From: an uncultured bacterium | Lineage (GTDB): Bacteria > Patescibacteriota > Saccharimonadia > UBA4664 | Direction: 5' to 3' | Length of the DNA: 64,000 nt | Assembly (NCBI GenBank): GCA_963740635.1 | Contig: CAVUEQ010000001.1 | Span: 17,026 to 81,025 of the forward strand | In this document: one piece after another, positions 1 through 10,148 of the stretch | Layout of the letters: each line of letters opens with the position of its first letter | Position numbering within the stretch: position 1 is the stretch's first letter | Notes under the pieces: generated by a model | Databases searched by the model: none | Told to the model about the DNA's origin: nothing | Seen by the model: only the letters and a program-made list of their open reading frames with translations | Made by a program: the position numbers and the translations under genes

Positions 1-59
1 AGAGCTACAACGACTACCTGCGCCAAAAGTACTACAACCTTTAGGCCCCGCAAACAGCA

Positions 60-88
60 TTGACACTACCTGGGTGTTCCAGTAGAAT
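60..88 (+). promoter_or_regulatory. Candidate sigma70-type promoter for the 16S rRNA transcription unit
   Basis: TTGACA (60-65), 17-nt spacer, TAGAAT (83-88), about 260 nt upstream of mature 16S. Confidence 0.5.
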
Positions 89-168
89 ACCTAGGTCTTG
101 AAATGATCTTAGGTAGCAGGCCTGCATTCTTATCAGAAGGGGCTGGCTATTATTTTTGACCCAAGACA

Positions 169-206
169 GGTAACTTGAAATCGTTAATCGTGCAGTGCAA
201 TGATGG
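169..206 (+). other. 5' strand of the 16S precursor processing stem (RNase III-type)
   Basis: Reverse-complementary to 1947-1982: 20 bp perfect (cattgcactgcacgattaa core) plus about 12 further pairs; the two strands bracket the 16S. Confidence 0.6.
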
Positions 207-350
207 TTAGCTTTCCCGTCAGCGGGAGCTAACTTTCGGTGCCACGGTTTCGGCCGTGAGCAACCAAAAATTTTTTTGAATGAGCGCCAAGCTCAAACGA
301 ACCCAAAGCCCCGTCTTCGGATGGGCATGCCAGCTCAACGAGCAAGCATA

Positions 351-1823
<1,473 letters not shown>

Positions 1824-1946
1824 TAGGGAGAAACAGCTCAGTAATGAGCTCCGAGTGCTCGACATTCGGCCGTCACGACCGCTCTCGTCGATCTGCCAGC
1901 TTGCTGGATGTGATCCGGGATGTCGGACGCGGTACTTCTAGGTCGG

Positions 1947-1982
1947 TCATTGCACTGCACGATTAAGGTTTCAAGTTTAACC
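1947..1982 (+). other. 3' strand of the 16S precursor processing stem
   Basis: Pairs with 169-206. Confidence 0.6.
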
Positions 1983-1985
1983 AAA

Positions 1986-2017
1986 CAAAAACACCAGCTC
2001 CAGGGCTGGTGTTTTTG
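1986..2017. terminator. Bidirectional rho-independent terminator
   Basis: aaaaacaccagc-tccagg-gctggtgttttt: perfect stem with A-run and T-run on either side. It lies after 16S on + and after the 2031-2309 gene on -. Confidence 0.6.
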
Positions 2018-2030
2018 TGCGCGGATAGGA

Positions 2031-2309
2031 TTATTGGCCGGAGCCGGGAGCGTGGGTGAAGATATTGAGGAATGGAGCGAAAATGAATTCCAGCACGTTG
2101 TGGCCGAAGCCGGTGGCCCACAGTATGCCGATGATTACCAGGAAGACCGAAAGTATTTTGTAGACGCCATAGGTCGAGCCGGAGCCGGTGTATTTTTCGA
2201 TGAAGCCAACGGGGCCGGTCTGGTTGTGGATCCAGAAGGTGTATTTGATGCCTAGGATTCCCAGGCCGACCATGGTGGCGCCGATTAGTAATCCGGAGAG
2301 GGAGAACAT
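2031..2309 (-). CDS. Small membrane protein (about 92 aa, 2-3 TM), hypothetical
   Basis: Internal Met of the 154-aa track ORF. The MFSLSGLLIGATMVGLG... part is hydrophobic and protein-like, whereas the upstream part is R/P-rich and overlaps the next gene. Confidence 0.5.
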   Translation of the reverse strand: MFSLSGLLIGATMVGLGILGIKYTFWIHNQTGPVGFIEKYTGSGSTYGVYKILSVFLVIIGILWATGFGHNVLEFIFAPFLNIFTHAPGSGQ

Positions 2310-2388
2310 AAGCGCATTATAGCATGAGAATTTGGGCGCCCCGCCACTGACGTGACGGGGCGGTAGAGCGGCTGTAACGGTGTTGCCG

Positions 2389-3063
2389 CTATGCCCTGGA
2401 GCGAACGGGGGAAGTGGCCGGAACCTTCTGAGCTGCCCCGGGGAGCGACGAGGGGAGCATGAACCCGATGACCGGAATCCAAAGGGCAAACACAAGCAGT
2501 GCGAACGGACCCACCGGGGTAACGAGGGCCACGAATAGCACGAGCGAGATCCAGCCCAGGACGGTGAGCTTGCGGGCCGGCGCCGCTAGGCGGCTGCGGC
2601 CCAACAGGCAGCAGGCGGTGGCGCCTGAAATGATGATCGCGCCCACGACAAACCCGATGGGTATAGCGTTGTTGAGCGCATTCATGGCCTCGGCTGCGGC
2701 CGGGGACATGTGATTGTGTGAACCGTCCAGCAGTGCCAGTCCGGCATACCCCCCCGTGGCTGAGGCGGCTAGGAAGACCACGCCACCGCCAAACACCACC
2801 GCCGGGAATATGCGCTGGCCGGTAATTGATACCAGTGCCCGATGTAGCACGGCGCAGAACACCATTATCGCAATGAGGAGCAGGATGATGAAATAGGTAT
2901 TCGCGATTTCGGCGCCGGTGTGGTGGCGGTAGTACGCGATGACGGTAGCGCCTGAGGCGCCATAGCCCGGCTCGTTGAGGCCTAGCCCGAACGCGTCGAT
3001 GAGGAGCAGGGCAGGGATGGCTAGGCCGATCCAGCCGAGCCGGTGGATGAGTCGCAGGTCCAT
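2389..3063 (-). CDS. Polytopic integral membrane protein, hypothetical
   Basis: 224-aa ORF with about 6 hydrophobic segments; AAGGAG Shine-Dalgarno 7 nt upstream of the ATG. Confidence 0.65.
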   Translation of the reverse strand: MDLRLIHRLGWIGLAIPALLLIDAFGLGLNEPGYGASGATVIAYYRHHTGAEIANTYFIILLLIAIMVFCAVLHRALVSITGQRIFPAVVFGGGVVFLAASATGGYAGLALLDGSHNHMSPAAAEAMNALNNAIPIGFVVGAIIISGATACCLLGRSRLAAPARKLTVLGWISLVLFVALVTPVGPFALLVFALWIPVIGFMLPSSLPGAAQKVPATSPVRSRA

Positions 3064-3268
3064 TTCTTCTCCTTGTGGGTAGTTTGGGTTTTGGGTGCGA
3101 TTTTCAAGCTAAGGCCAGAGTTAGGGCGGCATAGTAACTCCCGATTGTCAGAGGGCGGCTGGTTTTAGCTAAGGCTAGGCCTATTTACGCCTCAGTACAT
3201 CGGGTATTCCAACCAAAAAACCGGCCTGGATAGCCGTCGCGTTAAATAAGTTGTACTTGATAAATTCA

Positions 3269-3344
3269 TGGTGGAGATGACAGGAGTCGAACCTGCGACA
3301 TCCTGCTTGCAAAGCAGGCGCTCTACCAACTGAGCTACATCCCC
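3269..3344 (-). tRNA. tRNA-Ala (UGC), CCA encoded
   Basis: Sense strand ggggatgtagctcag...ttTGCaa...ggttcgactcc...tctccacca; G3:U70 Ala identity pair present. Confidence 0.95.
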
Positions 3345-3488
3345 GTATGTCGAACGGCTGCCGAGTGCGCATTGCTTCGTCAGGCCTTGCGCTTCGCACT
3401 CAGCGTACGTCTGTGTACGCTTCGTTTACGATGCTCGGCTATCCTTGTACTGCATCACTCGGCAGCCGTTCTAACCTAAATAATTACA

Positions 3489-3565
3489 ATGGTGGGCTTG
3501 GCAGGACTCGAACCTGCGACCTCGTCATTATCAGTGACGCGCTCTAACCAGCTGAGCTACAAGCC
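3489..3565 (-). tRNA. tRNA-Ile (GAU), CCA encoded
   Basis: Sense strand gggcttgtagctcagctggttagagc...ctGATaa...ggttcgagtcc...agcccacca. Confidence 0.95.
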
Positions 3566-3703
3566 CGCGGGTGGCCACGGGTACAATTAACCCTGGTATT
3601 TAAGCATAAACAGGGCATGTGGGCAAGCAGCATATTAGGCTTGCGCGGGGCGAGCGTGTGGCCGACAATAGGCGTACGAAATTATGCCAACGGGAGCCTC
3701 GGA

Positions 3704-4342
3704 ATGAAGATTACGAAACTCGGACACGCCTGCTTGCTGATCGAAGAGGACCGGGCGCGGATTTTGATTGATCCGGGGGTGTATTCGCAGGGGTTTGAGG
3801 GCATGCGTGATCTGGACGCGGTACTGTTGACGCATCAGCATCCCGACCATATCACTAAGGACAATTTGGCCAAAGTGCGGCAAAACAACCCGGGGGTGAT
3901 GGTGTATGCCGACGAGGGTACGGTGCGGATGCTGGGTGAGGGCGGCGATGCCGACGTGAAGGCGGTGCACGCCGGCGAGGAATTTGCGGTGGAGGGAGTG
4001 AAAGTCAGCGTGCACGGGACCGACCATGCCGTGATTCATCCGACGATTCCCGGGATTGAGAACGTGGGCTACATGGTAGCCGACCGGCTATTTGTGCCGG
4101 GCGATAACTTCACGCAGCCAGGCGTCCCGGTGGAGATCCTGGGGTTGCCATTGGGGGCGCCGTGGCTGAAAGTGAGCGAGGTGATCGACTACGTGATGGC
4201 GGTGAAGCCGGCGGTGGCCATACCGGTGCACGACGCGGTGCTGGCGATTCCGGAGATGAACGTAGGCATCGTGAAGCGGTTCACGGAGCCGGCCGGCATC
4301 GAGCTGCGGGTGGTGCCAAACGGTCAGACTACCGACGTGTAA
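3704..4342 (+). CDS. MBL-fold metallo-hydrolase
   Basis: HQHPDH (HxHxDH) motif and downstream His/Asp ligands. Start placed at MKITKLGHACLLIE with a GGGAG RBS; the track ORF starts further upstream at 3617. Confidence 0.85.
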   Translation: MKITKLGHACLLIEEDRARILIDPGVYSQGFEGMRDLDAVLLTHQHPDHITKDNLAKVRQNNPGVMVYADEGTVRMLGEGGDADVKAVHAGEEFAVEGVKVSVHGTDHAVIHPTIPGIENVGYMVADRLFVPGDNFTQPGVPVEILGLPLGAPWLKVSEVIDYVMAVKPAVAIPVHDAVLAIPEMNVGIVKRFTEPAGIELRVVPNGQTTDV

Positions 4343-4346
4343 TACT

Positions 4347-5230
4347 GGTTCTGTCCACTAAACCGGAACAGCCATACTCTTAAGTAATGTGAATGGGTCT
4401 CGAAATAGTTCAGGGTGGCTCCTCCGTGCCTGAAACTCCTGCAGTATGCCGGACAAGAAGCGCTTCAAGAAGCGGTCGCGGGTTCGGATGACAAACCGGT
4501 CCAGGCAGCTCCAGACATTCTCGGCCCGGTTGGTTGGCCCGAAGTGCCCCCGGTCATGGTTGCAGACGACGAGTCCGTAGCCGACGTCCTCGAGCCCCAG
4601 ATGGGAAGCGTGGGCGTCAGCATGAATGAGGCTGCCGACCTCAGCGTGACGGTCAAGGAAGCCCTCAACGGTATCTTGGGCTACATCCGGAATGACCTCT
4701 AGTCGCACTTTGTTTGTTTCCCGGTCGACCACCCCCATGACAATAGCTTGGTTGCCATATTTCTGGTGACCCAGGAAGGACTCGTCAATCTCCAGGAGGC
4801 CAGCCAATGGGTCGCCCTCACTGCGGGGCAACCGGGACCGGAGCCGTTCCAGCCACCGCTGCACCGTCGGGTAGCTGAGGCCGGTCGCCACCACAATGTC
4901 GCCTGGAGAGTGCTTGCCCTGCCAACAGATGACGAGGGCCAGGATCTTGACCCAGGACAGCTTCGAGAACCCGAATCCCAGGTTGCGCTTGAGGCTCCAT
5001 TTCCGGCGGCAGGTACCGCACCACAGGTATTTCTCCCGTACAAGTATTGTCTTGTGGCTTTGCCAAGGGCAAACCAGGCCATTGGGATATATTTCCCGGA
5101 CCACCAGCTCGACACACTCCTGGTTATCCCGGGGCAGATTTATTAAGGTATACATTGGAACAAGTCTCCTTGCTTTAAGTTATTGCCGTAACTTAAGTGT
5201 AGAACTTGTTCCGCTTTAGTTTAGAGAACC
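4347..5230 (-). mobile_element. IS1595-family (ISXO2-like) insertion sequence, copy A, 884 bp
   Basis: Imperfect terminal inverted repeats ggttctgtccactaaaccggaaca / ggttctctaaactaaagcggaaca (20 of 24). Flanked by the direct repeat TGTAATACT at 4338-4346 and 5231-5239. Single transposase ORF. Confidence 0.85.
4358..5155 (-). CDS. IS1595-family transposase (N-terminal zinc ribbon plus ISXO2-like DDE domain)
   Basis: CPW..H...CGTCRRKWS zinc ribbon, then LEIDESF..., VMGVVDRET, IHADAHASH blocks; AAGGAG RBS; paralog of 55320-56114. Confidence 0.85.
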   Translation of the reverse strand: MYTLINLPRDNQECVELVVREIYPNGLVCPWQSHKTILVREKYLWCGTCRRKWSLKRNLGFGFSKLSWVKILALVICWQGKHSPGDIVVATGLSYPTVQRWLERLRSRLPRSEGDPLAGLLEIDESFLGHQKYGNQAIVMGVVDRETNKVRLEVIPDVAQDTVEGFLDRHAEVGSLIHADAHASHLGLEDVGYGLVVCNHDRGHFGPTNRAENVWSCLDRFVIRTRDRFLKRFLSGILQEFQARRSHPELFRDPFTLLKSMAVPV

Positions 5231-5244
5231 TGTAATACTAGGCC

Positions 5245-5273
5245 TTGACCAGTATGCACGCATCTGTTAAATT
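5245..5273 (+). promoter_or_regulatory. Candidate promoter of the 23S-5S transcription unit
   Basis: TTGACC (5245-5250), 17 nt, TAAATT (5268-5273). Confidence 0.5.
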
Positions 5274-6178
5274 GATTTAGTTACTTCGAGGGCTCATATG
5301 AGTAGACAACTAGTTTTACGCGGAGGAATCCACTAGGAACGACGTTGTCACTTCTTCATGTGAGCTCCGCTGAATCGGAAGGGTTTCGCGGAGTAGTTTT
5401 TTTGAAAACCGAAGATGAATGGGTAAGGTCTGACGCCGCAAGGCGTGAGATCTACAAACAATTTCACCATTTTTCTATTTGCCGCCGAGGTAGATAGGAA
5501 ATGGCGATTAGCAGCTGCAAACTGCTAGTCAAACATGGTTCCGGATAGTTCCTTAAGCTGTCCGGGCCAACGTAAGAAAGTTACTTAAGGGCACATGACG
5601 GATGCCTTGACGTAAGAGTACCGATGAAGGACGTAGAAGGCTGCGATAAGCCTCGGTGAGCTGCCAATCAAGCTTTGACCCGGGGATTTCCGAATGGGGC
5701 AACCCAGCCGTGGTTATACACGGTTACCACTGCCTGAATATATAGGGTAGTAGGAGGGTACGCTGTGAACTGAAACATCTAATTAGCAGCGAGGAAGAGA
5801 GAGTAAACCTCAATTCCCTAAGTAGTGGCGAGCGAAATGGGAAGAGCCAAAACTTTAATGATTTTCGCGTGTTCGCACGCGAATAAGCTGGCAGACGAAT
5901 ATCATTAAGGGGTTGTGAGATATAGATGACCAATAAAGAGCGCTTCTGGTTAAACTCAAGAGCACTCTTTATTGCGACGGATGCGCTGCCAAGGCTCCGG
6001 TAAGGTAAGAAAGTTACAAGGTGAGTGGAACAAGCCGGAATGCTTGGCCAAAGAGGGTGAAAGCCCCGTACGCGAAAATCTTTAGCCCTTATATCTGTAT
6101 TCTCGAGTAGGTCGGGACACGTGAAACCCTGACTGAATCCGGAAGGACCACCTTCCAAGGCTAAATATATCTTACGAT

Positions 6179-6209
<31 letters not shown>

Positions 6210-7649
6210 TAAAAGAACCCCGGAAGGGGAGTGAAATAGAACCTGAAATTATGTGCGTACAAGGAGTCGGAGCCGCGCTTCGGTTCGGTGACGGCGTGCT
6301 TTTTGTAGAACGATCCAGCGAGTTAATTTGCATGTGCAAGCTTAAGTCATTTGGCGGAGGCGTAGTGAAAGCGAGCCTGAATAGGGCGACATAGTACGTA
6401 GTGAATAGACCCGAAACCGGGTGACCTAACCATGGGCAGGCTGAAGCGTGGGTAAAACTGCGTGGAGGGCCGAACCGTAGCAGAATTGCAAAACGCCCGG
6501 ATGACCTGTGGTTAGCGGTGAAATGCCAATCGAACTCGGAGATAGCTGGTTCTCCTCGAAATAGCTTTAGGGCTAGCGTCGTACGGTAGCTGCTGGGGGT
6601 AGAGCTCTGTTTCGGACTGGGGCCAGTAATGGTACCCACCCTTGACAAACTACGAATACCGTCAGTGGAACTACGGCAGTCAGAACGGCGGGGCTAAGCT
6701 CGTCGCTCGAAAGGGAAACAGCCCAGACCACCATCTAAGGTCCCTAAATATATGCTAAGTGGGAAACGAGGTGGAGATTTCTTAAACAACCAGGATGTTG
6801 GCTTAGAAGCAGCCATTCATTTAAAGAGTGCGTAACAGCTCACTGGTCAAGAGATCCTGCGCGGAAAATGTAACGGGGCTAAGCATAGTACCGAAGATGG
6901 ACTGCAGCACGACTAGTCAGTAATGCGAAATTCTAAATCTAATCATTACTCGATAAAAGACGTTCTGCTCATGTGGTAGAGGAGCGTTGATATCGCGTCG
7001 AAGCTGGACTGTGAGGTCTGGTGGAGCGTTATCAAGTGAGAATGCTGGAATGAGTAACCATAAGGCAGGTGAGAATCCTGCCCACCGAAAGAGCAAGGTT
7101 TCCTGGGCCACGATAATCGTCCCAGGGTTAGTCGGTCCTAAGCCGAGGCGAGTAGCGTAGGCGATGGACAACGGGTTAATATTCCCGTACCGGTGTATGT
7201 TTGTTTGATGTGCGCGGCATGAGTAGCAGGAGCGGATTCATGGTTATATCCGTCTAAGCAGGTAGTCCGGTGCAAATCGGGTGAGACGCGAATGAAAGGC
7301 CCTAACGGGTTGATTCTAGTGAGCCAAGCTGACAAGAAAAGCTAATGGAGTTAATAGGCATAGCCGACCGTACCGCAAACCGACACAGGTGCTCAGGTCG
7401 AGTAGACCAAGGTGTACGAGTGAATCTTCGTTAAGGAACTCGGCAAACAGCGACCGTAACTTCGGGATAAGGTCTGCCTCCTTCGTGGAGGCCGCAGCAA
7501 AAGAACCCATGCGACTGTTTACCAAAAACACAGGTCTCTGCTAACACGAAAGTGGATGTATAGGGGCTGACGCCTGCCCGGTGCTGGAAGGTTAAGGGGA
7601 GGGGTTTAAGCTCTGAACTGAAGCCCCAGTGAACGGCGGCAGTAACTAT

Positions 7650-8342
7650 TGGATATCAGTAGTTGTAAAACTGGCTATATGCTGGAAACCCCGTGCCTTC
7701 AATGGCTGTAGAATCCTGCGCTAGTAATATTGCGTGTACGGTATACGTTCGGTATACTAGTAATATGACTGAAAATGCGTCAGGTGCGGAAAATCAGCAG
7801 GAAAGGCTGCAACCCATATCTATCGAACTTGGACATTACTTATCCGGCTTTGCCGATGGTGAAGGGAGTTTTAATGTTTCGGTGGTGCTGAGAAATCAGG
7901 ACTATCGTAACAAGTGGAAGATCGTAGCGAGCTTCAATGTCTCGCAGCGTGATTCGCAAATCCCTAAGCTGTTTAAGCAAGTGCTAGGATGTGGAACGAT
8001 CAGGTATCGAAAGGATGGTGTCTGTTACTTTGAAGTGCGAACGCCGACTCTCATCGACTCAGTGGTTCGAGAATTCTTCGCCCGATTCCCTTTGCGTTCG
8101 GATCGCCAATCAATGCGACTGCGCTGCCTCTTGGAGGTAGTCGATATCATGTTGAGCGGTGAGCATACGAGCGCGGATGGATTGGAGAAGATCCTCGTTA
8201 TCAGAGAGAAAATGGTAGTTAGCAGAAAGCGCAAGTACTCGATAACAGATGTGTTGCAGAATCCTCAGAGACTATACGCCGGGACCGCGTGAGCGGTATG
8301 ATATGGTCCGTTCTGCATGGCGACATGCAGCTAACACTCAAG
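7650..8342 (+). mobile_element. Group I intron inserted after E. coli U1917 (helix 69), carrying a homing endonuclease gene
   Basis: Exon junction aactat|...|aactgtcctaagg matches AACUAU|AACGGUCCUAAGG. The 5' exon ends in U and the intron ends in G. R (cctcagagactatacg) and S (gatatggtcc) core elements present. Confidence 0.85.
7765..8292 (+). CDS. LAGLIDADG homing endonuclease (single-motif, about 175 aa)
   Basis: LSGFADGEGSFNV motif; lies inside the intron. The ATG at 7765 is preferred over the track start at 7693. Confidence 0.85.
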   Translation: MTENASGAENQQERLQPISIELGHYLSGFADGEGSFNVSVVLRNQDYRNKWKIVASFNVSQRDSQIPKLFKQVLGCGTIRYRKDGVCYFEVRTPTLIDSVVREFFARFPLRSDRQSMRLRCLLEVVDIMLSGEHTSADGLEKILVIREKMVVSRKRKYSITDVLQNPQRLYAGTA

Positions 8343-8376
8343 AACTGTCCTAAGGTAGCGAAATTCCTTGTCGGGT

Positions 8377-8698
8377 GAATAACTTGCCCGAGTAATCCGT
8401 AAGGATTATGTACTGAGGAATACCAAACAGTCGACAAAAAGTTTACCAATCGTGCCAGTGCAAAACATGGCTTATATGCTGGAACATCCGAGAATGAAGC
8501 AGTACTCGCTCGAAAGAGCAGTGACAATCTGACTTCTGCGGACAATCAGCAGGGAAGGAAGGCAACTTTACGACCCTCAGAGACTACACGCCATGCCCCA
8601 CCTATGGTGGGTGATGATATAGTCCGATCTCCATGGCGACATGGAGTGCGCGCAAATCGCAGTGCAGTAACAACAAGCGATTGAAATAGATGAACATG
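8377..8698 (+). mobile_element. Group I intron inserted after E. coli U1951, ORF-less
   Basis: Junction cttgtcgggt|...|aagttctgacccgcacgaatgg. P/Q (ttctgcggacaatcagcagg), R (cctcagagactacacg) and S (gatgatatagtccg) elements. 5' exon ends in U, intron ends in G. Confidence 0.8.
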
Positions 8699-8794
8699 AA
8701 GTTCTGACCCGCACGAATGGCGTAACGATATGGGCACTGTCTCAACGAAGAGCTCGGTGAAAGTGCATAGACGGTAAAGATGCCGTCTGTCCGC

Positions 8795-8826
<32 letters not shown>

Positions 8827-8947
8827 ACAGCTTGGCATTGGGCCAGGTTATAACATGTGTAGGATAGGTGGGAGACTTTGAAGCTTTGGCGCTAGCTGAG
8901 GTGGAGCCGCCATGTGAAATACCACCCTTGTTGTAACTTTGTTCTTA

Positions 8948-9158
8948 CCAGCACCGCAATTTGCGGACAAACTAAGTTGAAGCTCGATGAAATACGTCTC
9001 TTGCGCAATAAATTCTCACTTGCCGCCACAACTGGCCGCAAGCAGACTCAGACACTGTCGTGGCCTTCGGAATTCATTGCTGCATAGAGAAGATGATCTT
9101 TTTTTCCGAGCTTCTACAAAGAAACTTCAGTTTGTTTGCCCGCAGGTTCCGGTGCTGG
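8948..9158 (+). other. About 190-nt hairpin expansion or intervening sequence in the 23S helix 78/79 region
   Basis: ccagcaccg...ccggtgctgg closes a long imperfect hairpin (gcggacaaactaagttgaagctcg / cgagcttc...cagtttgtttgcccgc) where E. coli has about 20 nt. Confidence 0.6.
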
Positions 9159-9525
9159 AACAGTGTCTGGTGGGTAGTTTAACTGGGGCGGTTGCCTCCT
9201 AAAGAGTAGCGGAGGCGTTCAAAGGTTGGCTAGGTACGGATGGAAATCGTAGTCGATAGTGTATACGCATAAGCCAGCTTGACTGTGAGGCCTACAAGCC
9301 GAGCAGGTACGAAAGTAGGAGTAAGTGATCCGCTGTCAATACATTCGTACATGAGTGTGGTATCGGCAGCGCTCAACGGATAAAAGTTACCCTGGGGATA
9401 ACAGGCTTATAGCGCCCAATAGTTCACATAGACGGCGCTGTTTGGCACCTCGATGTCGGCTCATCTCATCCTGGAGGGGGAGCACCTCCCAAGGGTCCGG
9501 CTGTTCGCCGATTAAAGAGGTACGT

Positions 9526-9559
<34 letters not shown>

Positions 9560-9957
9560 TTATATCCGCTGTGGACGTAAGGAAATTTGAGAGGATTGGC
9601 TCCTAGTACGAGAGGACCGGAGTGAACGAACCTCTGGTGTATCGATTGTTCTGCCAAGGGCATTGTCGAGTAGCTACGTTCGGTCGGGATAAGCGCTGAA
9701 AGCATATTAAGCGCGAAACTCACCTCAAGATGAGATTTCCCCATTAGACCCCAGAAAGACTATCTGGTTGATAGGCACAAGGTGTAAGCGTAGCAATACG
9801 TTTAGCCGAGGTGTACTAATCGGTCGAATGACTTTCTTGTATGTTTGACTAGCAGTTTGTGGCCACTAATATGGCCTGCACCCATCATCTTCGACACATC
9901 CGGACGCTCTGTAATAAGAGCTTCGGTATGGCACTACCAGAAAGTGGTCGTGCCATA

Positions 9958-10062
9958 CCGGTGCTTTTAGCGCGGGGGATACACTGGTTCCCATCCCGAA
10001 CACCAAAGTTAAGACCCGCTGCGGCGATGATACTCCTATGGGGGAAAGTAGCACGGTGCCGG
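9958..10062 (+). rRNA. rrf: 5S ribosomal RNA
   Basis: agcgcggggga...cccatcccgaacaccaaagttaag...gcgatgatactcc...gggaaagtagcac; helix I ccggtgc / gtgccgg. Confidence 0.8.
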
Positions 10063-10148
10063 ATTATCATAGAACTTTCGCGAAAGCGGAAGTTTTATGC
10101 GTTTTCGGCCACCGGGTTGGTTTTTGCGCTATACTTCGAATAATTGTT

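Noticed and set aside
1-44. Possible 3' end of an upstream gene (...SYNDYLRQKYYNL-stop)
   Set aside because: Only 14 codons are visible, which is too little to support a call.
9859-10143. 94-aa ORF and the upstream part of the 10038-11177 ORF
   Set aside because: They overlap the 5S rRNA and its flanks. The real start of the downstream gene is the ATG at 10149, which yields a canonical signal anchor.
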